Shown here: piece by piece, positions 1-8,904 of the stretch
Layout: each line of letters opens with the position of its first letter
Position numbering within the stretch: position 1 is the first letter of the stretch
The notes under the pieces: model-generated
What the model was told of the DNA's origin: nothing
Databases searched by the model: none
Seen by the model: only the letters and a program-made list of their open reading frames with translations
Translations under genes and position numbers: made by a program
Origin: Xylanibacter ruminicola 23
GTDB lineage: Bacteria; Bacteroidota; Bacteroidia; Bacteroidales; Bacteroidaceae
Length of the DNA: 32,000 bases
Assembly: GCF_000025925.1 (NCBI RefSeq)
Contig: NC_014033.1
Span: 2,160,001 to 2,192,000 of the forward strand
Reading direction: 5' to 3'

Positions 1-1706
1 CGAGTGCCAGCCACGCAAACATAGATTATAAGAAAGACGCGAAATACATAGAACTTCGCGACTCCATGAGCCATGCATTTAACGATGGCGACAGTGCCCG
101 ATTCTATACACATCTGACGAACCTGCAGAACTATCTGCTGGAAAATAATGACCTGCACGGCTACTACACGCAGCGGTGCAATGACATTATCTTTGAGATG
201 AACCGCCAGAAGATTTTCGAGGCGTACACCAAAGCCCAGGAGCTGTCGAAGGAGTTGCGCGAAAAGAAGTTGACCAAGGAGATGTATATGGCCGTGAACA
301 TGATGGGTCATATCAACCGCTATTGTGGTAACAAGGAGGCTGCCAAGAAATGTTGGTACGAGGTGGTAGAGATGATGGAGAAGAACGGCTACTACGAAAG
401 CATCCCGCCCATCTACATGAATATCATCAATGTGGCCATAGACGATGACGCTCAGGAGGCATTAGACCTGATGGACAAGGCCAAGGAGATAGCCAAGAAA
501 TACTCGCCCGAACGTGTGTTCGACATCGAGACCCGAAAGACACTGACCTACTATAACGAAGGTAAGATAGACCAGTTCCTAAAGGGTTACAAGGTGTATA
601 AGGAGGGCGAGCGGAAAGGTCTGTCGTCGGTTCACGGACGAAGCATGGAGGCCTACTATCTGGCTGCTACAGGTAAGGTTGACGAGGCCATCGAATATGC
701 CAAACGCGAGTTGGGTGACGAGGGTGCCGATGCCATCCCGCTGATTTACGAGCGTGCTGGCAGATGGGAGGAGGCCTACAAATCGTTTAAGAAGGAATCG
801 CTGGCCAGCGACTCGATAGATAATGTGGTGCTGACCAATAGTATGCAGGGTATCCAGGAACAGGTAGAGCTGTACGAAGCCGAGAAGAAAGCGGCTACCG
901 TACGTACCACCGCCCTGATGGGTGCTATCCTGCTACTGACACTGCTGATTATCGCCCTGGTATATATCGTGCAGATACGCAAAAAGCACCTGAAGGAACT
1001 GCGCAAGGCGTATAAAAAGGCCATGGAGTCGGAGAAGATGAAGACAGCGTTTATTCAGAACGTGAGTCATGAGGTGCGCACGCCGCTGAACATCATCACG
1101 GGTTTTGCCCAGGTGATAGCCGATCCTGATTTGGCTGCTGATCCCGAAGAGCGCAAGCATATATCGACCATGATGCAGAAGAGTACCCGTCAGGTGACCA
1201 TCCTCATCGACGAGATTATCGGCCTCTCGCTGATTGAGAGTACCGAAAAGATGAGCAAGGACGATGTGACGAACATCAACAACCTGTTGCGTGGATTACA
1301 GACAGAGTACAAGGAATACGTGACCGACGAGACCGACATCAAACTGGAGACAGAGCTGGCCGACGACCTTACGCTGAAGACCAACGAGAACATGCTGCGC
1401 CGTATATTTGCCTGCTTATTGGACAATGCCGTGAAATATACCGAGAAGGGCTGCATTACCATCCATGCCAAACAGGAGGGTGACCAGCTGCAGATGATGG
1501 TAACCGATACCGGCTATGGCATACCCGCTGAAGAGGCGGAGCATATCTTTGACCGCTTTGTGAAGTTGGATAACTTTAAGGAAGGTATCGGACTGGGTCT
1601 GCCACTGAGTCGCAGACTGGCCGAACAGTTGGGTGGAAAAGTAGAACTGGACACCACCTATACAGATGGCGCCCAGTTTATTGTTACACTGCCAATAAGC
1701 GAATAA
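1..1706 (+). CDS. Sensor histidine kinase with N-terminal helical-repeat (TPR-like) domain; 5' end probably outside the window
   Basis: ORF track 66..1706. The same frame stays open back to nt 3 (SASHANIDYKKDAKYIELRDS precedes M66). The M66 N-terminus has no signal or TM segment, although the single TM (ALMGAILLLTLLIIALVYIV) implies an exported N-domain, so the true start is likely upstream. H-box FIQNVSHEVRTPLN, N-box LLDNAVKYT, G1 DTGYGIP, G2 GIGLGLP. Confidence 0.85.
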   Translation, partial: SASHANIDYKKDAKYIELRDSMSHAFNDGDSARFYTHLTNLQNYLLENNDLHGYYTQRCNDIIFEMNRQKIFEAYTKAQELSKELREKKLTKEMYMAVNMMGHINRYCGNKEAAKKCWYEVVEMMEKNGYYESIPPIYMNIINVAIDDDAQEALDLMDKAKEIAKKYSPERVFDIETRKTLTYYNEGKIDQFLKGYKVYKEGERKGLSSVHGRSMEAYYLAATGKVDEAIEYAKRELGDEGADAIPLIYERAGRWEEAYKSFKKESLASDSIDNVVLTNSMQGIQEQVELYEAEKKAATVRTTALMGAILLLTLLIIALVYIVQIRKKHLKELRKAYKKAMESEKMKTAFIQNVSHEVRTPLNIITGFAQVIADPDLAADPEERKHISTMMQKSTRQVTILIDEIIGLSLIESTEKMSKDDVTNINNLLRGLQTEYKEYVTDETDIKLETELADDLTLKTNENMLRRIFACLLDNAVKYTEKGCITIHAKQEGDQLQMMVTDTGYGIPAEEAEHIFDRFVKLDNFKEGIGLGLPLSRRLAEQLGGKVELDTTYTDGAQFIVTLPISE

Positions 1707-1711
1707 ACCTA

Positions 1712-2584
1712 TTAGCCAAGGTATTTCATCAAGATGCGTGCATAACCACTGTCGTGCAGTTTGGTGATGCTCTTTTCGCGAATCTGACGTACACGCTCAC
1801 GCGTGAGTCCCATCTCGGCGCCAATCTCCTCGAGACCACGCTCCTGACAGCCAATACCGAAGCACTCCTTGACAATCTTGAGTTCACGATCCTTCAGTAC
1901 GTTACGCAGTACATTGTCCAGATCGGATGTGAGCGACTCGTAATCCACCAGCTTGTCGGTACGGGTATCCTCGCCACTGCTCAGCATGTCGGCCATTGAG
2001 TTGTCGTCGTCCTCACCGAAAGGTGCGTCGATACTCATGTGGTGACTATCGGCCTTGGCAGTCTGCTCAATCTTCGACTCCTCAATCTGTGTGAGCTCAG
2101 CCAGCTCGGTAACAGATGGGCGGCGCTGGTGCTGCTGCTCGAACTTATTGATTTCCTGATTAATCTTGCTCAGAGCGCCACTCTGGTTCAGGGGCAAGCG
2201 CACAATACGACTCTGCTCGGCAATGGCCTGCAGAATGCTCTGACGAATCCACCATACGGCATAAGAGATAAACTTAAATCCGCGTGTCTCATCAAACTTC
2301 TCGGCTGCCTTTACCAGTCCTATATTTCCCTCGTCGATCAGGTCGGTGAGTGTCAATCCCTGATGCTGGTACTGTTTTGCTACAGACACCACGAAGCGCA
2401 GATTGGCTGTTACCAGGCGTTCCTTCGCCTTCTCGCCCTCAGGACCGCCACGACGGATGGCCTGAGCCAGCTCAATCTCTTCATCAATAGTGACAAGGGG
2501 TTGACGACCGATTTCTACAAGATACTTGTCGAGTGCCTCACTTGATCGGTTGGTAATACTTTTTTGAATCTTTAATTGCCTCAT
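1712..2584 (-). CDS. rpoD: Primary RNA polymerase sigma factor (sigma-70 family, short Bacteroidota type without region 1.1)
   Basis: ORF 1712..2650 trimmed to the internal ATG at 2582-2584 (MRQLKIQKSITNRSSEALDKYL). The longer N-terminus would run through the upstream terminator hairpin and promoter box. Region 2 motifs: ANLRFVVSVAKQY, DLIDEGNIGLVKAAEKFD, FISYAVWWIRQSI. Region 4: LTRERVRQIREKS. Confidence 0.93.
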   Translation of the reverse strand: MRQLKIQKSITNRSSEALDKYLVEIGRQPLVTIDEEIELAQAIRRGGPEGEKAKERLVTANLRFVVSVAKQYQHQGLTLTDLIDEGNIGLVKAAEKFDETRGFKFISYAVWWIRQSILQAIAEQSRIVRLPLNQSGALSKINQEINKFEQQHQRRPSVTELAELTQIEESKIEQTAKADSHHMSIDAPFGEDDDNSMADMLSSGEDTRTDKLVDYESLTSDLDNVLRNVLKDRELKIVKECFGIGCQERGLEEIGAEMGLTRERVRQIREKSITKLHDSGYARILMKYLG

Positions 2585-2612
2585 ATTTATATCGTTACTC
2601 TGAAAAAGTCTG

Positions 2613-2620
2613 CAAAAGTA
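2613..2620 (-). promoter_or_regulatory. Bacteroidota -7 promoter box (TACTTTTG) for rpoD
   Basis: The reverse complement of caaaagta matches TAnnTTTG. It lies 28 nt upstream of the rpoD ATG. Confidence 0.6.
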
Positions 2621-2621
2621 C

Positions 2622-2656
2622 AAAAAAAAGCGATACGTTGCAACCAACATATCGCT
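2622..2656 (-). terminator. Intrinsic terminator downstream of the GH31 gene
   Basis: Stem AGCGATA (2629-2635) pairs with TATCGCT (2650-2656), with inner GTTG/CAAC pairing. On the minus strand it is followed by a T8 run (A-run 2622-2629 on the plus strand). It sits 49 nt after the GH31 stop. Confidence 0.65.
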
Positions 2657-2704
2657 TTTTTAGACTATTTTAACAAGATAACTTGTGTATTGCTATCTCA
2701 CAGA

Positions 2705-5700
2705 TTACAACTTGATGGTGATAGCCTTTCCGTTGTAAGAAACGAGCTTACCCGATGGGTTGTCGAGGTTGAGCGGCTGGGGATGCTCTTTTGATATCAG
2801 TACAATATTGAACTGACGATTCTTGAGCATGCCAGCGAACTGACCCTTGCGCGCACCAAACGAAACGGTGCGGGTGGCATCGTCGTAGGTGATGTCGATG
2901 GTGGCATACTTGCCCTTCTCGTAATTGTAGTTGGTGCCCTCGTCTTCGTAGAGTTGGAACGAGCCATCCTGACCGGCATAGACGTAGAGATGGATGAGCT
3001 CGGCGGGCTTCTCGTCGCTCCACTCCATCTCAGGACCGAAGGGGATGATGGCGCCAGCGCGCACATACACTGGTATCTGCTCGTAGGGAGCATCTACCAC
3101 GAGCCTGCGGCCCGAAGATGAAACATTAAACATTAAAGATGAAACATTAGGTTTGGCATCGATGATCATCTCGCCGGTGTATAAGTCATACCAACTGCAC
3201 TGGGCGGGGAAATAGACACTGCGGTTGCGGGCTTTGTAGTAGCCTACGGGACAGGCCATGAGAGCGGGACCGAACATCCACTGGTTGCCGATGTTCTCTA
3301 CTTCGCGATCGCCATTAAAGTCCATCACCAAGGGGCGCATCAGGGTGTAATCCTTGAAGTGGGCCCAACCAGCCAGTGAATAGAGGTACGGCATGAGGCG
3401 GTAACGCAGTTTATCGTAGTAAACAAACGACTTATAGGCGGGGTGCTCCTCAGGGGCAATGTTCCAGATTTCGCGCAATGGCCACTGACCATGCGAACGG
3501 AACAAAGGAATAAAGGTACCGAACTGGTTCCAGCGGGTCTGCAGCTCGCGCCACTCCTTCAGGTCCTCGTTCTCTACCTTGGTGCGATCGTACAACTGCT
3601 GGGCAGCCACATAACGGTTCTCGACACAGAAGCCACCCTGGTCCATACCCCAGAAAGGAATACCAGAGATAGAATAGTTCAAACCAGCCGTCATCTGGGC
3701 ACGCATATCCTCCCAACGGGTACCGATATCACCGCTCCAGGTAGCGGTAGAATAACGCTGCTCGCCAGCAAATCCGCTACGTGTCAACAGGAATACTCTT
3801 GGCTCGTTAAGTTTACCCTTCCAAACAGAACGCTGACCATTGTAGATAGCATCGGCATTCACGGTTGAGTAGGCATTGAAATATTCGGTTGATGTGCCTA
3901 AGGCAGTGGGGCCGCTCAGGGCTTTGCGGTACCACATGGGGGTGCAGTCGCGTACATTGGGCTCTGAGGCGTCCATCCACCAAGCGTCGACGCCCTTACC
4001 AAGGGCGGAATACAGATTCTCATCCATCTGGCGCCAGAACATTTTTCTTGCACCGGGGTCGTAGGCGTCGTAGAAGCCATTGGTGTAGCCGGGGCCTACC
4101 CAGTCGTGGATATCATCGGTGGGGCTCTGGATATACATCCAACCCTTGGCATCGAGCTCCTTGTAGTTGTCGGTATTGCAATAGAACTTAGGCCATACCG
4201 AAATCATAAAGCGACCATGCATCTGGTGTACGTTGTCGAGCATCTGCTGGGGATTGGGATAGCGCGATGCCTCGAACTGGTGACTTCCCCACTGATCCTC
4301 GGGCCAGTAGTTCCAGTCCTGTACGATATTATCGATGGGGATATGACGCTTGCGGAACTCAGCGAGGGTACCCTCTATCTCATCCTGTGTCTTGTAACGC
4401 TCACGACTCTGCCAGAAGCCTAACACCCACTTGGGATAGAGCGACGCCTTACCAGTGAGGGTGCGATAACCGCTGACCACCTGATCGAGGTTGTCGCCAG
4501 CGATGAAGTAGTAGTCCATATCCTTGGCCATCTCGCTCCAGATGCTGAGCTGCTCACGCTCCTGCTTACTACGGGGCTCAGCCACACGCAGTCCGCAGTA
4601 AGCCTCACCACCATCGGGGCGCCACTCGATACGCAACTGCACACGCTTGCCTGGCTGCAATTCGGTTGAGAACTTATAGGCATTGGGGTTCCAAGCGGTA
4701 CGCCAGCGCTCTGGGACAACCTCGTTGCCGCCGATGTAGACCTTTACGTAGCCGGAGTAATACAGAATGAACTGGTACAATGGACTATTTGACAATTTAC
4801 CATTTGACAATTGGGGTTCGATGAAGCCTTCGTAAGTGACGGTGGCGCCCATGAGATTGATATCTTTGGGGAAGTTTTTGATGCCGCCATTGTCGGTTTG
4901 CTGGGCAATGAGCGATTTCTCGGGCGTACCATATTCATAATAGATAGAGTCCTCGTCACGGACCAGTTTTTTACCACGGGCATCGATATAGGTGCCGGTG
5001 AGATGCCCCTCCTTACCACTCTTATCGTAGAGTTTGAAGGCACGATTGAGTTGCAGGTAATCGTTGGGGTTACCAAAACGACAGTAGCTGTAAGAATCCC
5101 ACAGCAGACCATAGTTCTTATTAGAGAGTACGAAAGGAATGCTGACCTTGGTGTTATACTGGAACAGATCCTCGTTCTTTCCCTTCATGTTAAACTCCTC
5201 GCTCTGGTGCTGACCCAGGCCATAGAAAGCCTCATCGTCGGGACTGTCGAACTTCATCTGCCACGACAGACCATGCTTCTGTTCCTCGGGAACGGTATAG
5301 CCCGTCTTCATACCCAACTCGCGCTCAGGTACGGTAAAGTCCCAGAACTTCTTGCCTTCCTGGGCCTCTTTGAGCAGCTGTTTGCCAGAGGCATCGAAGA
5401 AGGTAATCTGACCGGTGGCCTTCTGTACCACTGCCTTTACCTTCTGTGTTCTGACCACCACGTTATCGCCCTCGTCGGTAATGGTGTAAGAGCCTTTGGC
5501 AGGTGCTGCCACAGGTACCCTGATGAGCGAGGCAGGCTTAACAGGCAACGCATCCTTACTGGTGGCACGCACACGGATAATCTGGTTGTTAATCACCTCA
5601 AGGTAAACTACCTTGGCCTGACCACCATCAGGCGTAATAGTCACATTGTTTCCATTGGTCTGCACCACAGCTGCCATCATGGTTGAGGATAGCAGCAAGC

Positions 5701-5728
5701 CAGACACTAAAATCTTAATTCGTTTCAT
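2705..5728 (-). CDS. Secreted glycoside hydrolase family 31 alpha-glycosidase (alpha-xylosidase/alpha-glucosidase type) with inserted PA14-like domain
   Basis: Signal peptide MKRIKILVSGLLLSSTMMAA. GH31 motifs: GVDAWWMDASEPN (nucleophile region), FLLTRSGFAGEQRY, WSGDIGTRWEDM, PLFRSHG. PA14-like segment: TVTYEGFIEP...YQFILYYSGYVKVYIGGNEVV. Substrate specificity cannot be decided from the sequence alone. Confidence 0.9.
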   Translation of the reverse strand: MKRIKILVSGLLLSSTMMAAVVQTNGNNVTITPDGGQAKVVYLEVINNQIIRVRATSKDALPVKPASLIRVPVAAPAKGSYTITDEGDNVVVRTQKVKAVVQKATGQITFFDASGKQLLKEAQEGKKFWDFTVPERELGMKTGYTVPEEQKHGLSWQMKFDSPDDEAFYGLGQHQSEEFNMKGKNEDLFQYNTKVSIPFVLSNKNYGLLWDSYSYCRFGNPNDYLQLNRAFKLYDKSGKEGHLTGTYIDARGKKLVRDEDSIYYEYGTPEKSLIAQQTDNGGIKNFPKDINLMGATVTYEGFIEPQLSNGKLSNSPLYQFILYYSGYVKVYIGGNEVVPERWRTAWNPNAYKFSTELQPGKRVQLRIEWRPDGGEAYCGLRVAEPRSKQEREQLSIWSEMAKDMDYYFIAGDNLDQVVSGYRTLTGKASLYPKWVLGFWQSRERYKTQDEIEGTLAEFRKRHIPIDNIVQDWNYWPEDQWGSHQFEASRYPNPQQMLDNVHQMHGRFMISVWPKFYCNTDNYKELDAKGWMYIQSPTDDIHDWVGPGYTNGFYDAYDPGARKMFWRQMDENLYSALGKGVDAWWMDASEPNVRDCTPMWYRKALSGPTALGTSTEYFNAYSTVNADAIYNGQRSVWKGKLNEPRVFLLTRSGFAGEQRYSTATWSGDIGTRWEDMRAQMTAGLNYSISGIPFWGMDQGGFCVENRYVAAQQLYDRTKVENEDLKEWRELQTRWNQFGTFIPLFRSHGQWPLREIWNIAPEEHPAYKSFVYYDKLRYRLMPYLYSLAGWAHFKDYTLMRPLVMDFNGDREVENIGNQWMFGPALMACPVGYYKARNRSVYFPAQCSWYDLYTGEMIIDAKPNVSSLMFNVSSSGRRLVVDAPYEQIPVYVRAGAIIPFGPEMEWSDEKPAELIHLYVYAGQDGSFQLYEDEGTNYNYEKGKYATIDITYDDATRTVSFGARKGQFAGMLKNRQFNIVLISKEHPQPLNLDNPSGKLVSYNGKAITIKL
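3114..3148 (-). repeat. Five tandem heptamers (coding strand AATGTTT CATCTTT AATGTTT AATGTTT CATCTTC) in frame inside the GH31 CDS
   Basis: Read directly. It encodes NVSSLMFNVSS and differs at about 4 of 35 positions from the intergenic array at 15256-15288. Confidence 0.8.
4785..4813 (-). repeat. AAAT-anchored 7-8 bp tandem array in frame inside the GH31 PA14 region
   Basis: The coding strand reads CAATTGTCAAATGGTAAATTGTCAAATAG and encodes QLSNGKLSNS. It differs at about 3 of 28 positions from the intergenic array at 22045-22079. Confidence 0.8.
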
Positions 5729-5750
5729 TTTTTATTATTGGTTGTAATAT

Positions 5751-5789
5751 AATGTTTAATCTTTAATGTTTAATCTTTAATGTTTAATC
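5751..5789. repeat. Tandem heptamer array (AATGTTT AATCTTT) x2.8 between the sensor gene and GH31
   Basis: Read directly: AATGTTTAATCTTTAATGTTTAATCTTTAATGTTTAATC. The last unit supplies the TAA stop (5784-5786) and the final Asp codon of the sensor gene. Confidence 0.9.
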
Positions 5790-8700
5790 ATCATCAAGCA
5801 TCACCGCTTCTTCGGGCAGTTGCTCTACGGGCAGGGTGATGGTGAAGATAGAACCGCCACTGGGGTTGTTCTCGGCAGTGATGGTACCACCATGCATCTC
5901 GACAATGGCCTTGACGAAGAACAGACTGATGCCCGAGTCGTCGTCGCTCACCATGGGATCGAAGATGGTCTCCTCGCCACCCTCGGGGATACCCACGCCA
6001 TTATCCGAGATACGGATAGAGCCGGAGGTAGAGGTTTTATCGACAAACACCTTGATGCGGCAGTCGGTTGGTGAGAACAGGGCACAGCTGTTGAGCAGCA
6101 TCTGTACGGCCTGTGCCATCTGCTCGCGGTCGAAATCGACGGTGAGGTCGTTGGCCAATGGGAAGAACGAGAACTTGACATGTTTTCCAAGCGGTGCCTT
6201 GAACTGGGCGCACTGCTCTTTCATGAAGTGCTGCAGGTCGTGAGGTTTCTTCACCGTTTCCTCGATGCTCCATGCCTCGTTGTAGAGTTCCTCGGCCTGA
6301 GCCTTCTGATCGTTCTCCTGCTGCTGTTGCAGCTCGGCACGCATCTCGGCCATCCACTGTTTCTTCATCACCTCCATGCGCAGGTAGTCGCGCTCGGTCT
6401 TCTCGGCCTGACGCTTGAGGAAGAACCTACGCCAGATGAACACACCTAAGAGTACCAGCCCCAGGAAGATGACCATAATCCAACGGTTACGCAACAGCGG
6501 CGGGGTGATGGTAATCTTCAGGATAGCCTCGTTCTCGCCCATGGTGCCATCGGCATTGAGCATGCGCACATGCAGGATATAGTCGCCATGGTGCAACGAC
6601 ATATAGGTAATGTTAGGATCGTTCTCCTCGGTCTTAATCCACTTATCACTGAAGCCCTCGAGCTGATAGACGAAGCGCGACTCGTTGTGCATCTCGCCCT
6701 TGTCGGTGGCCAACTGGATGGTGAACTGATTCTCGTAGTGGCGCAGGATGAGTTCCTTGCTGACGTTGAGGTCCTCCTCGAGGATGACGCGACCATCGTA
6801 GGCCTCGCCTATACCCAACTGCTGTCCGAAGAGCTTCAGACCGCTGAAGATAGGTGTTTCGTTGTTGTCGATATTGGTAACCAGCTTGGGGTTGATGACA
6901 TCCACGCCATTCACACCACCTACCAGCACCAGACCGTCCTGGGTGATGCAGATAGAACGCTGGTTGTAAGGGCCCTGCTGCAGACCATCCTTGGTGCTGA
7001 AGCTGCGCACATTGAAGGTCCATTGGCCCTGGTCGTCTTTCTTAGCTACCACGTTGGATACGCCATACTCGGTAACCACCCACATGGTGTGCTGCTTATC
7101 CTCGGCAATACCCACCACGCTCGAACCAATCAGTCCGCTGTTCATATCCAGCAAGGTCTGCGTATTGTTCTTCCAATCCACAATGCAGCAGCCTGAGGTT
7201 GAGCCCTGCCATACCAGACCACGACTATCCTCGAAGACACAGGTAGAAGAAGGCATGGCAGCCTGCTGACCTTCGACGGTAGGAATCTTCATGTTGGCCA
7301 CCTTACCACTCACGGGGTTGATGAGCGAGTAGTATTGTGAGTGACCCACCATGAGCCAGCCCTTGGCATTCCAGGTGGCTGTGGTCATAAAGTCCTCGGG
7401 CATGGTAGAGTTATGTGAGTTGATGGTGCGGAACTGACCTGTTTTGGTAGAGAGGCGCTGCACGCCACTACCCAGGGTACCCATCCAGATGTCGCCCCAC
7501 TTATCCTCGGTAACCGACCAGATGTTGTTATTGATCAATTTTCCGCTGGTATTCGCCATGGTGTAGTTCCTGGCCTGTCCGTTGGAAAGGTGAATGAGTC
7601 CACCATTATAGGTTCCGAACCATACCGAGCCATCCTTGGCACCATAGCTTGATACCATCACATCGCTGGCAAAGCCGCAGCGCGCCTTATCGTACACCTC
7701 GATCTCGCCAGTGGCAGGCAGGTATTTGATGATACCACGGTTGTCGGTACCAAACCACCAGTTGCCGGCAGCATCCACACAGGTGGTGTTCACGTCGCCC
7801 ACCTCTAAGGTGTTGAAGCCCAACAACTTTTCGATATACTGGTTCAGGCCATTACGATAACAGCCAATCCACATGTTGCCCGAGCGGTCGAGCATCAACT
7901 TTTTCGCAGTGTTCTCGCTGATAGAGGTGGCGTCGTACTTGTTATGGACGAAGTTCTTGACCTCACCACGCTTCATGTCGATGACAAAGATACCCATGTG
8001 GTCGGTAGCCAGCCACATCCAACCGCGCTGGTCCATGCACACATCCCACACCTCGAGACCGGCAGGAAGCGGGGGTACACCATACTGTGCCAGATAATCG
8101 TTGAGATGAGCATACCATTTCTTATCCTTCTGGTCGTACACAAACACATGGCCCACGTTCAGCACCCAGTAGTTGCTATGCTTATCCACATAGCAGTTAT
8201 AAGCCTGACTCGACTGTCCGCCATTCAGCTTCATAAAGTCGTCGCGCTGGATAATCTCGCCCTTCTCGCCATCGATAATCATCAGGTCGCCATCGGTAGA
8301 GGTGACCAGCAGCTTATCGTTCCACTCGGCAAAGTTAGAGAAGTTGTACTCCTTGGGTATCTCGTTCTGCTCGTAGCCATATTTGATGAGCTTATAGCTC
8401 TTTTTACGCGGGTTATAGCAATACAGGCCCTCGTCGTAGGTCTTCACCCAGAAACGCTTTTGCGAATCGACAAAGAAACGGTCGATATTACCTTTGATAC
8501 CCCATTGCGACAACACTGATTTAGGGTTGCGATTTACCTGCTCGGTAAAGGGGTTGAACAGACTGTAGTTCATGCCCTGCTTGAGCCACAGCATACCGTC
8601 GGCATCCTCCCAGATCTGGTCCACCAGGTTGTTACGCAGCGAGGTGGTATCGGTGGCATTGGAGTAATAGATGCGGAAACGGTAGCCATCGTAACGGTTC

Positions 8701-8882
8701 AAGCCGTACGAGGTGCCAATCCAGATAAAGCCACGCGAATCCTGGAACAGGTAGTTGATCTGTGAGTTTGACAGACCGTCGCGGGCATCCATACGACGGA
8801 ACTTCATGTCGGGGATGACGGCTGTTGCCGCACTTGCTGTGAGGCAGAACAGACAGAGGATATAGGTAAGTAGACGTTTCAT
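5784..8882 (-). CDS. Periplasmic beta-propeller/Y_Y_Y ligand-sensor protein with a C-terminal GHKL ATPase domain; no recognisable H-box, receiver or DNA-binding domain
   Basis: ORF 5784..8978 trimmed to the ATG at 8880-8882 (signal peptide MKRLLTYILCLFCLTASA). Repeated propeller-blade motifs: GFIWIGTSYGLNRYDG, GNMWIGCYRNGLNQY, GSVWFGTYNGGLIHL, GDIWMGTLGSGVQRL. Y_Y_Y-type domain: FVYQLEGFSDKW...ITYMSLHHGDYILHV. TM: WIMVIFLGLVLLGVFIW. Coiled coil, then ATPase motifs MLLNSCALFS, DNGVGIP, GISLFFVKAIVEMHGGTI. Confidence 0.85.
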   Translation of the reverse strand: MKRLLTYILCLFCLTASAATAVIPDMKFRRMDARDGLSNSQINYLFQDSRGFIWIGTSYGLNRYDGYRFRIYYSNATDTTSLRNNLVDQIWEDADGMLWLKQGMNYSLFNPFTEQVNRNPKSVLSQWGIKGNIDRFFVDSQKRFWVKTYDEGLYCYNPRKKSYKLIKYGYEQNEIPKEYNFSNFAEWNDKLLVTSTDGDLMIIDGEKGEIIQRDDFMKLNGGQSSQAYNCYVDKHSNYWVLNVGHVFVYDQKDKKWYAHLNDYLAQYGVPPLPAGLEVWDVCMDQRGWMWLATDHMGIFVIDMKRGEVKNFVHNKYDATSISENTAKKLMLDRSGNMWIGCYRNGLNQYIEKLLGFNTLEVGDVNTTCVDAAGNWWFGTDNRGIIKYLPATGEIEVYDKARCGFASDVMVSSYGAKDGSVWFGTYNGGLIHLSNGQARNYTMANTSGKLINNNIWSVTEDKWGDIWMGTLGSGVQRLSTKTGQFRTINSHNSTMPEDFMTTATWNAKGWLMVGHSQYYSLINPVSGKVANMKIPTVEGQQAAMPSSTCVFEDSRGLVWQGSTSGCCIVDWKNNTQTLLDMNSGLIGSSVVGIAEDKQHTMWVVTEYGVSNVVAKKDDQGQWTFNVRSFSTKDGLQQGPYNQRSICITQDGLVLVGGVNGVDVINPKLVTNIDNNETPIFSGLKLFGQQLGIGEAYDGRVILEEDLNVSKELILRHYENQFTIQLATDKGEMHNESRFVYQLEGFSDKWIKTEENDPNITYMSLHHGDYILHVRMLNADGTMGENEAILKITITPPLLRNRWIMVIFLGLVLLGVFIWRRFFLKRQAEKTERDYLRMEVMKKQWMAEMRAELQQQQENDQKAQAEELYNEAWSIEETVKKPHDLQHFMKEQCAQFKAPLGKHVKFSFFPLANDLTVDFDREQMAQAVQMLLNSCALFSPTDCRIKVFVDKTSTSGSIRISDNGVGIPEGGEETIFDPMVSDDDSGISLFFVKAIVEMHGGTITAENNPSGGSIFTITLPVEQLPEEAVMLDDD

Positions 8883-8904
8883 ATATATACTATCAAAAGG
8901 ATTT

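Noticed and set aside
4811-4825. A GGGGTTCGATG string resembling a tRNA T-arm.
   Set aside because: It lies inside the GH31 CDS with no acceptor or anticodon arm context, so there is no tRNA structure.
5751-5789. Possibility that the short tandem arrays are CRISPR repeats or a MITE.
   Set aside because: The units are only 7-8 nt with no spacers. There are no terminal inverted repeats or target-site duplications, and no cas or transposase genes in the window.
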